Source of the DNA: Acidobacteriota bacterium
Lineage (GTDB): Bacteria > Acidobacteriota > UBA6911 > RPQK01 > JAJDTT01
NCBI GenBank assembly: GCA_965217775.1
Contig: CBDCJH010000002.1
Coordinates: 2,592,001 to 2,656,000 of the forward strand
Direction of reading: 5' to 3'
DNA: 64,000 nucleotides
Numbering within the stretch: position 1 is the stretch's first letter; every line of letters begins with the position of its first letter. A model generated the notes under the pieces. That model was given only the letters and a program-made list of their open reading frames with translations. It did not search any database and was not told the DNA's origin. The position numbers and the translations under genes were made by a program. This document shows, in pieces, positions 18,201-28,056 of the stretch.

Positions 18201-21200
18201 AGCTCACCCGGATGCCCGTCTCTCCGTGCTCCGACGCTGGATTCACCGTGAGACGAACCGTGCTCCCGCTCACCCGAACCCGGGTCACGGTGCGCGTCTC
18301 GTTGCCTCCCTCCACGGTGAAGTCGCTCGTCTCCGGTCGCGAGGACGTATTCAGGGGTTCGTTATAGGTCAGCGTCAGCGTCGCCCCGTTGACCACCGCC
18401 GGATCCGTATCGGCCAGCACCGGGGCGACCGCATCCACCTTGTGGCTCGAACTGGGCGCCACCGCATCATGGTCCAAGGTGGCGTCATTCTGTGCACCGT
18501 CTCGGATCGTCCCGCCGCTTCGCGACAGCCGGTTCGTCTCGAGGCTCACCCCGTCCTCGTCGTTGTCCCCAGTGACCACCCGGTAGGCGAACTTCACCGC
18601 CTGGTTCGAGACGCTCCGGTACTCCGCCGTTCGGCTTCGGCCTCCCACGTCCAGGGTCAGTTCCGGCGTTCCGGTGATCACCACCGTCTCGTCGAACGTC
18701 ACCGTCACCTCGATGGTCTCGTCCACGCCGTAGGTCCGATCCGACCCTGCACTCGAGGTGATCCGAACCGTCGACACGGCCGGTCCCGTCGTGTCTCCCG
18801 TCCGGTTCGTGACGCTCTTGCTGCTCAACCGGTCCGCGTCGTTGCCGGCGGTGTCCTGGATCGGATTCGATCCCGGCTGGTAGTTCACCCGGAGGCGGCT
18901 CTCTCCATCCGCGACGGCCGAACTCAGGGTCAGGAACACCGCGTTTCCGCTGACCCGGACGCCGGTGACCGTCCGGGTTTCACTCCCGCCTGTCACGGTG
19001 AAGTCGTCCGTCGACGGCACCGAAGAGGAATCCAACGGCTCGCCGTAGGCCAGCGTCAGCGTCCTCCCATTCACGACCGCTCCGTCGCTGGTCGCCAGTG
19101 TGGGCTTGACCCCGTCCACTTTGTGCTGGTTATCAGCCGCCACCGGCGCGTGGCTCAGCACGGCGTTGTTCCGGGCGCCGTCGCGGATGGTGCCGCCGGA
19201 CAGGCGGTTCGCCTCGAGGCTCACCCCGTACGGGGCCGTGTCTCCCGAGACCACCTGGTATTCGAACCTCACGGCGGCCCCCGTGACGTCCTTGTAGTTG
19301 GCCGTCCGGCTGCGTCCTCCCACGTTCAGCGTCAACCGCGGCGTCCCCGTCACCACCACCGTCTCGCTGAACGTCACCGTCACTTCGATGGTTTCGCCGG
19401 CCGCGTAGGTCCGGTCCGATCCTGCGTTCGAGGTGATCCTCACCGTCTCCACGGTCGGCCCCGTCGTGTCTCCCGTGTTGTTGGTGACCGGTTGGTTGTT
19501 CAGCTCGTCCGCGGCGTTGCCCACCACGTCCTCGATGGGGTTTCCCCCCGGCTGGTAGCTCAACCGGAGGCCGCTCTCTGTGTCCTGCACGGCCGGGTTC
19601 AACGTCAGCAAGACCGCGCTTCCGCTCACCTGCACCCGGGTGACCGTACGTGTCTCGCTGCCCCCGGTCACGGTGAAGGCGCTCGCCGCCGGTCTTGAGG
19701 AGGAGTTCAGCGGCTCGCTGTAGGCCAGCGTCAGCTTCGTCCCGTTCACCACCGCCCCGTCCGTCGTGGCCAGCACTGGGAGGATCCCGTCCACCTGGTG
19801 CCGCGCATCGGCCGCCACCGCCGCGTGGTCCAAGGTGGCGTCATTCTGCGCTCCGTCGCGGATCGTCCCCGCACCGCGCGACAGGCTGTCCGCATCGATG
19901 CTCACTCCGTCCCCGTCATTGTCACCCGGGACCACCCGGTAGGCGAACTTCACTGCCTGGTTCTTGACACTTCGGAAGTTCGCCGTTCGACTCCGACCGC
20001 CTAGGTTCAGGGTCAATTGCGGTGTCCCCGTCACCACCGCCGTCTCGTCGAACGTCACCGTCACTTCGATGATCTCGTCCACGCCGTAGGTCCGGTCCGA
20101 CCCTGCACTCGAGGTGATCCGAACCGTCAATACGGCCGGTCCCGTCGTGTCTCCCGTCCGGTTCGTGACGCTCTTGCTGCTCAACCGGTCCGCGTCGTTG
20201 CCGGCCGTGTCCTGAATCGGATCCGACCCGGGCTCGTAGCTCACCCGAAGGCCGCGCTCACCGTCCGTTACGGCCGAGCTCAGCGTCAGGAACACCGCGC
20301 TTCCGCTCACCCGGACGCCGCTGACCGTCCGGGTCTCACTCCCTCCCGTCACGGTGAAGTCGTCCGTCGCCGGCACCGAAGAGGAATCCAACGGCTCGCC
20401 GTAGGCCAGCGTCAGCGTCGTGCCGCTGGCCACCGCTCCGTCGGACGTCGCCAGCGTGGGCTTGATCCCATCCACCTGGTGCCGGGAATCGGCCGCCACC
20501 GGCGCGTGGTTCCGCACGGCGTTGTTCCGGGCGCCGTCCCGGATCGTCCCTCCCGACAGGCGGTTCGCATCGATGCTCACCCCGTAAGCAGCACTGTCCC
20601 CGGAAACCACCTGGTATTCGAACCTCACGGCGGCCCCCGTGACGTCCTTGTAGTTGGCCGTCCGGCTGCGGCCTCCCAGGTTCAACGTCAACCGCGGCGT
20701 CCCCGTCACCACCACCGTCGCGCTGAACGTCACCGTCACTTCGATGGTCTCGCCGGCCGCGTAGGTCTGATCCGATCCTGCGTTCGAGGTGATCCTCACC
20801 GTCTCCACTGTCGGTCCCGTCATGTCTCCCGTGCGGTTCGTGACCGTTCGGTTGTTCAGCTCGTCCGCGGCGTTGCCCACCACGTCCTCGATGGGGTTCC
20901 CGCCCGGCTGGTAGTTCAACCGGAGGCCGCTCTCTGTGTCTGTTACGGCCGGGTTCAACGTCAGCAGGACCGCGTTTCCGCTCACCTGGACCCGGGTGAC
21001 CGTTCGGGTCTCACTGCCCCCGGTCACAGTGAAGGCGCTCGTCGCCGGCCGAGGGGACGACCTCAGCGGCTCGCTGTAGGCCAGCGTCAGAGTCGTTCCG
21101 TTCGCCACCGCCCCGTCGGTCGTGGCCAGCGCCGGCGGCACCCCGTCCACCTGGTGCCGCGCATCGGCCGCCACCGCCGCGTGGTCGAGCTGCGCGTCAT

Positions 21201-24200
21201 TCCGGGCGCCGTCGCGGATCGTCCCTCCACCGCGCGACAGGCTGTCGGCATCGATACTCACGCCGTCCCGGTCGCGGTCGCCCCGGGAGACCCTGTACTC
21301 GAACTTGACGGCCGCCCCCGTGACACTCAGGTAGTCGGCCGTTCGATTCTGCCCGCCCACGTTCAGCGTCAACCGTGGGGTTCCCGTCACCACCACCGTC
21401 TCGTTGAACGTCACAGTCACCTCGATGGGATCTTCCACCGCGTAGGTCCGATCCGATCCCGCATTCGAGGTGATCCGCACTGTCTCCACCGCCGGCCCCG
21501 TCGTGTCTCCCGTGACGTTGGTGACGGACCGGTTGCTCAACCGATCCGCGTCGTTTCCGGCCGTGTCCTGGATCGGAGTCGCTCCCGTCCCCGTCGGCAC
21601 CGTGTAGCTCACCCGCAGGCCCGTCTCCCCGTGCTCCACCGCCGGATTCAGGGTCAGCTCCACCACGCTCCCGCTCACCCGGACTCCGGTGACCGTCCGC
21701 GTCTCACTCCCTCCGGTCACGGTGAAGGCGTCGTTCCCCGGGACCGAGGAGGAATCCAGCGGCTCGCTGTAGGCCAGAGTGAGCATCGACCCGTTCGCGA
21801 CGGCACCGCCGGTGCTTGCCAGTGCGGGCTTGATGCCGTCCACCTTCTGCCCGGTGTCGGCCGCCACGGCCGAGTGGGTCAGGACGGCATTGTTCCCTGC
21901 GGTGTCCTGGATCCTCCCGGTGGCTTGCGACAGACTGTCCGCCTCGATGCTCACCCCGTCCGTGTCGCTGTCGTTGACGGCCACCGTGTAGGCAAAGACC
22001 ACATCCGCCCCCGTGACACTCTCGAAGCTCGCCGATCGATCCCGCTCCCCCACCTTCAGCGCCACCCGCGGGGACCCGGACACCGTGACGGTCTCGCTGA
22101 AGGTCACCGTCACCTCGATCTCATCGCCGATGCCGTAGACGTCCCGGCCGTCCGGAGGATCCGAGGTGATTTCGATCCCTTCGATCCTCGGCGCCTCGGT
22201 GTCCTCCCCCTCGTCCTCGACGATCGACACCGTTACATTCGGCCCCGTCAGCACGGTTTCCGCACCGGCGTTCCACACTTCATGAGTCAAGGTCACCAAC
22301 GGATCCTTGTCAGCATCGTCGTCCCGGTCCGCCGACACCTGGAAACTCTTCGGTTGACTCCAGTTGCCTCCGTCACAATTCCCGTCGCCGCTGCTGACCG
22401 GATGAGCGTATCGGTCCAAGGTTACGTCCGTACCATCCGCATGACTCACTTGGACCCACACGTCGTCACCGCACTCCACACCGTAGAGCTCGGCAGGATT
22501 CTCATTGAAAACCACGGAGTAAACCGCGGTCGTCCCCTCGCGAATCTCCAGCGCGTCCGGCGCTGCGATCAACCTGATGGACGCACGGGGGATGACCCGC
22601 GGCGCGGGAACTTCCGAAAGCGTCGTGCCGTCAGCGGTGCAGATGCCGCCCGAGGCGCAGGATCGGCCGGAGACCAGGTTGAAGGTGATGGGGCCGTCCC
22701 CGCCGGGGGTCAGAGTGAAGAGGTAGGCATTCGCCGCTTCTCCAGCCGAGACCAGGGCGCTCACAGAGTCGAGCGTTGCGCCGGTGAGACTGACCGAGGC
22801 CGTGGCGGCCGTGAAGTCCACGACCGGCCGGCTGAAGGCAACCACTACCTTCGGCTTATCGAACGTCCCGGTGTGGCCGGCGGAGTTCCAGGTGCTCTCG
22901 GCAATCTCCGCCGTCAGCGGGCCGGGCGTGTCCGTGAGCGCGTCGGCGGGGACGGACGTCGCCATCAGGTAGGGCCGCTCTTCGGTATTCTCTTCCGTGA
23001 ACCTGATGAAGAACTTCTCCTGACCCGTGGCTGGATCGACCTGCGTGACCGTCTCCTCCAGGGGTGGCTGGTCTGGCAGGTTTCGGCCCCAACTGATCAG
23101 CCAGTCGCCGTTGTCCATGGGCAGGACCTGCCCGCTGGAATGGCCGTACGCTGCTTTGTTTCCATGCAGGGAATGATCGCGGACGAAGACCGCCTCGCCG
23201 GCGTCGTGGTCCAGCGCGTACTCCACCGCACGGCTGTACACGCCGTCCGTCCGCACCGACTCGCGGGTCCAGGGATCGATCAGGCACACAGCTCCGTTGT
23301 CGTAGAGCAGGAGATGGCCGTTCGGCAGGATCGTCGCGGAGTGCTGGCCGCAGAATTCCCCCTCGGGATCCTTGACCGGGATGAGCGGCGCCGGGCCGAT
23401 ATCGCGTGACGCCCACTCCTCATCACTCAGGTTGGTGCGTCCCACTCGCCACGCCACGGCTCCGGAGGTGACGTCAATGCCGAGCACCTTTGAGCACCCC
23501 CGGAATGATCCGACAATTTGATTGCCATACTTCCGGATGGAATTGACATGGGCATACCCGGGAAACCCTGATCGTGCGAAGCGGTGCTGGACGCAATCCT
23601 CGAGCGGCATGTCGCCCCAGGAGTCCCAGGTGAAAAGCGCCTCCCTATTGTCACGAGTAATGATCTGAATAGCCGAATCGATCATGGTATGGAGTTCATA
23701 CGGTTGCCCGTCAGCATCGGTGAAGGTCAGATGGCTGAGGTTTCTCCCCCTCCGCTCATACGCCATCAGCATGTAGTCGCCGTTCGGCAGAATGGCGAAG
23801 TCATGTTGGTCTGTGCCCGACAGCGGGAAGACCACGCTGATCCGACTGTCGATCAATTCCAGGTGCTGATTCAGGACGTCGAACCTGTTGTCCTGCGTGG
23901 GGTACGCGTAACGATAGACGTCATCCGGATCGATCCGAAAGAACCATGCGCGCTCACGGGCATCGGAGTGGAGTCCGCGGAATCTCGGGACGCCGTTATT
24001 GTCCATCATCACCAGAAATCCGGCGTGACGGAACAAGAGCAGGCCCTCGAACACCCCCTCGGCACCAGGATACCGGCCCGCCTCGATATGGTAGAACTTG
24101 GCATTGAGGCAGTGGACGTAGTAGACGGTGTGGGCGCCGTTGCGGTCGGTCACGCTGATCGGCACATCGCTCGTTATGTTCACCGGTACATTGACCGTGG

Positions 24201-27200
24201 AGTTGTCGCCCAGGACCTGCCTCCCGTCGACCGCCACGCGGGCGCCCGACGGCGCACTCAGGGTCACTCGCATCGTGTCGCCGCTATCGCAGCCGATGGC
24301 GTAGTGCAAGGTCTCCGCTTCGAACGCCGGATTCATGGCGCGACCGGGGTTGGCTGTGGCGGCGTCGGTGGACACCTGAAGCGCAGTCAGCAGCGGTCCC
24401 GTCACCACCTCGGACGCCACCTTCTGAACCCTGTGCCCAGAACCGTGCTCGTCGTCGTACGTCGCCGTCACGCGCAGGAACGCGTTCGTGTCGGCAGCCG
24501 TCGGCCTGTAGCTGGCTGCCGTGGCCCCGTCGATGACCACCCAGGCGCCCGGCCCCGTCGAGCGCTCCCACTCCCACGTGACCGTCCCGGCCGTGACCCC
24601 ATCGGGATCGGTCACAGCGGCGGCCAGCGCCGTTCCCAGCCGGGGAACGGTCGAGGACAGGGTCAGCGCCCCCACCTCGTCCCGGTCGGTGACGGTGACG
24701 GTCACGTCCTTGGTGAGGTTGGAGATCCCGTCCGACGCGGCCACGGTGACCGAGTACATGTTGCCCGTGCCCACGTCGGACGGCGACTCGTAGTCGGGCA
24801 GGGAGAGGAATCTGAGAGCACCGCCGTCGATGGAGAAACCGCCGCTGTCGGCTCCCGACAACGACCAGATAACGTCCGCATTGTCTTCTGGGGAAGACGC
24901 CATGTAGGTGGCCACCCGAGTGGCCCCGTTCTCGGCGTAATCCGTGCTCGACGGTCCCGTCAACTCCGTCGACAGTTCAAGGACGTTCTGCAATGTCACG
25001 CGGATGTCCGCCGTGACCGGGTTGTCGCCGTCGCTCACCTGCACGGTGATTTCATAGGTCCGGTCGCCGTCGGCGTCGTCCGGGTTTTCATAGTCGGGGG
25101 CCGCCGCGAAGGCCAAGACACCAGCACTGCTCAGTGTGAACTGGGCTGCATCCGTCCCGCCCGCCGTCGGAATCGACCACATCAAGGGGTCGGCATCCGC
25201 ATCCGTGGCGGTCAAGGTCGCCACCGCTGTCGTCTCCTCATCGACCGTGAAGGTGGTCGCGCTAGTGATCTCGGGGGCGGCTTCCTGGAGGGTAATGGTC
25301 TGTCCGGTTCCAGCGACCGACCACGGGCTGTCGCCCTCATCGTTGGTGGCCCGCACCTGGACGTGATAGGAGCTGCCCGCCTCCAGGCCCGTGATCGTCG
25401 CGCTGGTGGCAGTCTGATCCTGCGGCCCGTTGGTCCAGGCCCCGCTGTCGCCTTTCCGGTACTGCAGATCGTAGCTCTCGATGCCCGGCTTGCCGGCGTT
25501 GGCTGGCGCAATCCAGATCACGTCCAGGCTGTCGGTCGTACCCGCCTTCGCCGACACCGTCGGTGCACTTGGCGCCGGTGGCGGCTCGTCCGTGTCCATG
25601 ACGGTGATGGTCAAAATGGTGCTGTCGTTCAAACCCTGCGGGTCGGTGGCGGTGGCTGTTACCTCGTATGAACGCCTGGTCTCATAGTCAAATGCCACGT
25701 TGGCCCACATCGCTCCAACAGTGTCATCGGGGATGCTGAAGGACGCGGCGTCGGGGCCGCTCAGCGTGTACGTGAGCGTGTCGCCGTCCGAATCAAGCGC
25801 CAGCACCTTGGCGACGAAGGTTGAGATGTCGTTGTTCTCATCCACCTTCCGGGTTTCGGTATCGGTCAGGAACGCCGGTGCTCGGCTAGCGCTGACCCTG
25901 AGTATCTTGTCCCGACCCCTGCCATTCGAGGTGGTCACGTACAGGGCACCGTCAGGACCGAGCATGGGGGTCCGCAGCCGGCCGTAGGCCCCATCGACTG
26001 CGGGTACGGCGACCTGACTCACGAAGGCGCCGCCCGTGGTGAACTCGAAGACACGCAGCAACAGGGTCTTGAGCGCGGCCACGGCCAGTCGCCCGTCCCA
26101 CTCGCCCCAGTCCTCTCCCTCCAGGAAGATGCCGCCGCTGGTGGCCAACGTGTGATTCCCCGACGACCACTTGGCCTCCTTGGCATCGGGAAACTTGGCC
26201 AGGTCGGTCATGGGAGCGCTATGGTTGTAGCCGGGAACCCAACTGTCGTCGAGCCCGTCGACTGGATCCCAGCCGTAGTTGCCGCCGGTGGCCAGCAGGT
26301 TGATCTCATCGTCCCGGCCCGTGCCGTGCTCCACCGACCACATCTGGTTCGTGCCGGGTCGCAGCGCCAAGCCCTGGGGGTGCCGGTGGCCATAGGAGTA
26401 GACCTGTGATGCGAATGGATTCCCCGGTGCTCTGGCCCCCGTCGACGCCTCGACCCGCAGGATCTTCCCGCCGCGCGAGTCCAGATTCTGCGGCAGCGTC
26501 GGGCGATACGCGTCGCCGGTCGCGATCCACAGATAACCCTCTGGTCCGAAGCGCAGCCGACATCCGGCGTGATAGGCGTTGCCGACGCGGATGCCTCTGA
26601 CGAGAGGGTCGGCAACGCGGACAGCTTCGGTGTAGGTGTCGTTGATGCTCCAGGCGATCACTTGACCCTCGGGCCCGGTGTGGGCCAGACAGGTGTAGAA
26701 CCGCCGGTTGGATGCGAAGTCGGGGTCGATAACGATGCCCGTCAACCCCGTATCATTCACGAAGTACCCGTCGTCGAGATCGGCCGAGACGGTCTGGACT
26801 GTGCCGTCGGTGAGCCGACTGAGCAGCCTGCCCCTCCCGGGGCTCCGCCGGCCCCCCCGCTCGGTGAACAGCATCGTCCCGTCGGGCGCGAAGGCGATGT
26901 CCCAGGGATGCGACAGGCCGGAGACGATTTCGACGACTGTGATTTTCGGCGCGGGTGCCTGCTCACCGACCACATGATCCCAGACGACTTTCAGAGTCTT
27001 GCCTGGCCCGAATCCGTCTCTGTAGGTCGCCGTAGCCCGCAGGTACAGTCCCCTGTCAGCGTCGGTCGGCGCATAGTTGGGACCCGGAGGCTGTTCCGAT
27101 CTCTCCCCTTCGCTGGTTATCTGCTCCCCGAAGTCGTTGATGTCGTCCCAGCCGCTCTTGTCCATGGAGCTGGCCCATTTCCAGGTCAGTTTGCCGACAC

Positions 27201-27900
27201 CGTCAGGGTCGCTCACCCTTACCTGGAGCACGGTTCCAACTCGGGGCTGGGCCGGAAAGAAGGTGATGGTGCCCTCTTCATCCACGTTGGTGACGGTGAC
27301 GCTCAGGTCCAGGGGAGAGCTGGTGCTTGTGCCGTCGCTGACCTGCACGGTGACTTCATAGGTCCGGTCGCCGTCGGCGTCGTCCGGGTTTTCATAGTCC
27401 TTGGCGGTGCTGAAAGCCAAGTCACCGGCGGAACCGAGCGTGAACTGGTCCGCGTCCGCGCCTCCCATGCCCGCCTCTGGAATCGTCCAGACCAGTTGGT
27501 CGGTTGCCGTGTCCTCGTCCGACGCGGTGAGGGTCGTCACCGCCGTCGTTCCCTCGGCGACGGTGAAGGGCCCGCCACTGGTAATCTCGGGTGCCGTCTG
27601 CGCCTGCGCGTCCGTGCTGGAGGGGAGCAAGAGCACGAGCGCAAACAGACAGACTGCACTGCGGCTCGGGATACAGCTCTTGAGGGCCGCGACGCCGAAT
27701 CGCAGAAACGCCGGCAAGGCGGCGCGAAGGACACGGAGGGTCCGGCGCGTGCACGACAAGAAAGCGACGACTGGATCAAACTGCGGCATTGGAATCGGCT
27801 CGACCCGCAGAGAAATCGCCGCCAGCGCCCCAAACGCTCCCCGCCACCCACCACCGCGGGCCCACGGCGCGATTCCTGTCAGGCGGATCCTCTTCATCAC
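15283..27900 (-). CDS. Giant secreted multidomain surface protein, 4205 aa: cadherin-like, PQQ-dependent sugar (glucose/sorbosone) dehydrogenase, FN3, aryl-sulfate sulfotransferase, SwmB-type repeats, Calx-beta-like, poly-Pro, FN3, duplicated C-terminal domain
   Basis: DYENPDDADGD cadherin motifs; GLSHPWDIAFAPDG, YGHRHPQGLA, EHG..RDDEIN, GGNYGW (GSDH); DQHDF, YAHVNS, GQHSATILPNGHLLLYDNG (ASST); two FAHF.NG..SDLVLVN..FTTLPVVP units. Confidence 0.93.
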   Translation of the reverse strand: MMKRIRLTGIAPWARGGGWRGAFGALAAISLRVEPIPMPQFDPVVAFLSCTRRTLRVLRAALPAFLRFGVAALKSCIPSRSAVCLFALVLLLPSSTDAQAQTAPEITSGGPFTVAEGTTAVTTLTASDEDTATDQLVWTIPEAGMGGADADQFTLGSAGDLAFSTAKDYENPDDADGDRTYEVTVQVSDGTSTSSPLDLSVTVTNVDEEGTITFFPAQPRVGTVLQVRVSDPDGVGKLTWKWASSMDKSGWDDINDFGEQITSEGERSEQPPGPNYAPTDADRGLYLRATATYRDGFGPGKTLKVVWDHVVGEQAPAPKITVVEIVSGLSHPWDIAFAPDGTMLFTERGGRRSPGRGRLLSRLTDGTVQTVSADLDDGYFVNDTGLTGIVIDPDFASNRRFYTCLAHTGPEGQVIAWSINDTYTEAVRVADPLVRGIRVGNAYHAGCRLRFGPEGYLWIATGDAYRPTLPQNLDSRGGKILRVEASTGARAPGNPFASQVYSYGHRHPQGLALRPGTNQMWSVEHGTGRDDEINLLATGGNYGWDPVDGLDDSWVPGYNHSAPMTDLAKFPDAKEAKWSSGNHTLATSGGIFLEGEDWGEWDGRLAVAALKTLLLRVFEFTTGGAFVSQVAVPAVDGAYGRLRTPMLGPDGALYVTTSNGRGRDKILRVSASRAPAFLTDTETRKVDENNDISTFVAKVLALDSDGDTLTYTLSGPDAASFSIPDDTVGAMWANVAFDYETRRSYEVTATATDPQGLNDSTILTITVMDTDEPPPAPSAPTVSAKAGTTDSLDVIWIAPANAGKPGIESYDLQYRKGDSGAWTNGPQDQTATSATITGLEAGSSYHVQVRATNDEGDSPWSVAGTGQTITLQEAAPEITSATTFTVDEETTAVATLTATDADADPLMWSIPTAGGTDAAQFTLSSAGVLAFAAAPDYENPDDADGDRTYEITVQVSDGDNPVTADIRVTLQNVLELSTELTGPSSTDYAENGATRVATYMASSPEDNADVIWSLSGADSGGFSIDGGALRFLSLPDYESPSDVGTGNMYSVTVAASDGISNLTKDVTVTVTDRDEVGALTLSSTVPRLGTALAAAVTDPDGVTAGTVTWEWERSTGPGAWVVIDGATAASYRPTAADTNAFLRVTATYDDEHGSGHRVQKVASEVVTGPLLTALQVSTDAATANPGRAMNPAFEAETLHYAIGCDSGDTMRVTLSAPSGARVAVDGRQVLGDNSTVNVPVNITSDVPISVTDRNGAHTVYYVHCLNAKFYHIEAGRYPGAEGVFEGLLLFRHAGFLVMMDNNGVPRFRGLHSDARERAWFFRIDPDDVYRYAYPTQDNRFDVLNQHLELIDSRISVVFPLSGTDQHDFAILPNGDYMLMAYERRGRNLSHLTFTDADGQPYELHTMIDSAIQIITRDNREALFTWDSWGDMPLEDCVQHRFARSGFPGYAHVNSIRKYGNQIVGSFRGCSKVLGIDVTSGAVAWRVGRTNLSDEEWASRDIGPAPLIPVKDPEGEFCGQHSATILPNGHLLLYDNGAVCLIDPWTRESVRTDGVYSRAVEYALDHDAGEAVFVRDHSLHGNKAAYGHSSGQVLPMDNGDWLISWGRNLPDQPPLEETVTQVDPATGQEKFFIRFTEENTEERPYLMATSVPADALTDTPGPLTAEIAESTWNSAGHTGTFDKPKVVVAFSRPVVDFTAATASVSLTGATLDSVSALVSAGEAANAYLFTLTPGGDGPITFNLVSGRSCASGGICTADGTTLSEVPAPRVIPRASIRLIAAPDALEIREGTTAVYSVVFNENPAELYGVECGDDVWVQVSHADGTDVTLDRYAHPVSSGDGNCDGGNWSQPKSFQVSADRDDDADKDPLVTLTHEVWNAGAETVLTGPNVTVSIVEDEGEDTEAPRIEGIEITSDPPDGRDVYGIGDEIEVTVTFSETVTVSGSPRVALKVGERDRSASFESVTGADVVFAYTVAVNDSDTDGVSIEADSLSQATGRIQDTAGNNAVLTHSAVAADTGQKVDGIKPALASTGGAVANGSMLTLAYSEPLDSSSVPGNDAFTVTGGSETRTVTGVRVSGSVVELTLNPAVEHGETGLRVSYTVPTGTGATPIQDTAGNDADRLSNRSVTNVTGDTTGPAVETVRITSNAGSDRTYAVEDPIEVTVTFNETVVVTGTPRLTLNVGGQNRTADYLSVTGAAVKFEYRVSRGDRDRDGVSIDADSLSRGGGTIRDGARNDAQLDHAAVAADARHQVDGVPPALATTDGAVANGTTLTLAYSEPLRSSPRPATSAFTVTGGSETRTVTRVQVSGNAVLLTLNPAVTDTESGLRLNYQPGGNPIEDVVGNAADELNNRTVTNRTGDMTGPTVETVRITSNAGSDQTYAAGETIEVTVTFSATVVVTGTPRLTLNLGGRSRTANYKDVTGAAVRFEYQVVSGDSAAYGVSIDANRLSGGTIRDGARNNAVRNHAPVAADSRHQVDGIKPTLATSDGAVASGTTLTLAYGEPLDSSSVPATDDFTVTGGSETRTVSGVRVSGSAVFLTLSSAVTDGERGLRVSYEPGSDPIQDTAGNDADRLSSKSVTNRTGDTTGPAVLTVRITSSAGSDRTYGVDEIIEVTVTFDETAVVTGTPQLTLNLGGRSRTANFRSVKNQAVKFAYRVVPGDNDGDGVSIDADSLSRGAGTIRDGAQNDATLDHAAVAADARHQVDGILPVLATTDGAVVNGTKLTLAYSEPLNSSSRPAASAFTVTGGSETRTVTRVQVSGSAVLLTLNPAVQDTESGLRLSYQPGGNPIEDVVGNAADELNNQPVTNNTGDTTGPTVETVRITSNAGSDRTYAAGETIEVTVTFSETVVVTGTPRLTLNVGGRSRTANYKDVTGAAVRFEYQVVSGDTAPYGVSLEANRLSGGTIRDGARNNAVLSHAPVAADNQHKVDGVKPTLATSDGAVVNGRTLTLAYGEPLDSSSVPSTDDFTVTGGSETRTVTGVRVSGNAVFLTLSSAVADGESRLRVNYQPGSNPIQDTAGNDADRLSSKSVTNRTGDTTGPAVSTVRITSSAGSDRTYGVDETIEVTVTFDETVVITGTPELTLDVGGRSRTAEYRSVSNQAVKFAYRVVTGDNDEDGVSLETNRLSRSGGTIRDGAQNDATLDHDAVAPSSSHKVDAVAPVLADTDPAVVNGATLTLTYNEPLNTSSRPETSDFTVEGGNETRTVTRVRVSGSTVRLTVNPASEHGETGIRVSYEPRSNPIQDRVGNDAEAFTDEFVDNQTPDTTAPSIEGIEISSDPGTDATYAVDDMISVTVRYDEPVTVDTIRGTPTLELLVGTRRKRASASVGPDRPVVVFVYTVEKGDEDEDGVSVPRGSITLNGGKILDLADNPAARSYEAVEAQAGHKVDASVPELESVTVHDSRVALNYDEPLDESLVPLRSDFAVTVEGNDRPVTQVQVRGNSVILTLASAVATGDTVRVDYTPGFNPIQDEVGNGTEMLTNEEADPPLVTIEAREGSETVTEGDRVEFTLTRGPPTEASLTVNVEVTERGSVIDTSGGDPPDEVVFPARQETAPLSVRTDDDDVAESAGRVTARLRPGAKYRLGPTSTQSARVTVQDNEVSAPPPPPPPPPPPPPPPPPPPPPPPPPPPPPPPPPPPPAATVPTAPLNLQAEAGDGEVTLTWKVPESDGRSALTGYEVRIDRAGDWISIGSTDLSYTVTGLTNGRTYVFEVRAVNSVGPSPHSSPVEATPMAEGVVLEFAHFGNGYTGNDVLITSDLVLVNVAESEIRPVVYFFDGEGDLFEAESVVDVGEDLEIREDGGLSPRTEIASLGELTISTHGRGEVVTGSVRVVSDGPIGGVVRFDIPGIGVAGVGASEPTADALFPARRQAGGIRTAAAIHNLGPEAVKVQCRLLKNGRVLEEGEIKLSANGQDAQFIEELFTETDTTDFVGSVRCTVPAGESFTGVAVELDAGNRIFTTLPVVPIGPEATEDQDTTLNFAHFANGTSGDGTLITSDLVLVNVAASTARPAIYFYDQGGELLEPESMVEVEDHLLVREDGGLTLRTALARLGELTISTHGRGEVVTGSVRVVANGPIGGVLRFDIPGVGVAGVGASQATVDALFPARRQPSGIRTAAAIRNLAAQRATVRCRLMSGGEALDEVDIRLDSHGQHARFIEEVFTRTDTRDFVGSVRCTALGEGLFTGVAVELDTDNRIFTTLPVVPIQR
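16987..17094 (-). repeat. Poly-proline tract, 36 consecutive Pro codons
   Basis: 108-bp (NGG)n on the + strand with mixed CCG/CCT/CCA/CCC codons. Confidence 0.95.
17500..22190 (-). repeat. Intragenic SwmB/Ig repeat stalk, collinear with positions 1-4690
   Basis: Constant 17501-bp offset between matching antisense ORFs (888/18389, 2194/19695, 3621/21122). Confidence 0.9.
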
Positions 27901-27936
27901 CTTCCAGCGGGGTCGGGGGCAGGTGAGGATCGCGAC

Positions 27937-28056
27937 GTCGGGGCACCCCTTGTGGGCGCCCGCTGTTGTCCGTCACTGCTCGGTCCGGGAAGGGCAACCA
28001 CAAGGGGTGCCCCTACGAGCCCGGGGAGGGCGACCACACACAAGGGTCGCCCCTAC
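27937..28056. repeat. GTAG-family REP triplet (uninterrupted paralog of the 11730 cluster)
   Basis: gggcaccccttgtgggcgccc, gggcaaccacaaggggtgcccctac, gggcgaccacacacaagggtcgcccctac. Confidence 0.85.

Noticed and set aside
1-22190. Near-identical repeats as a DGR template/variable pair or shufflon
   Set aside because: No reverse transcriptase or site-specific recombinase in the window; I noticed no adenine-specific mismatch pattern, and the repeats are direct and coding.
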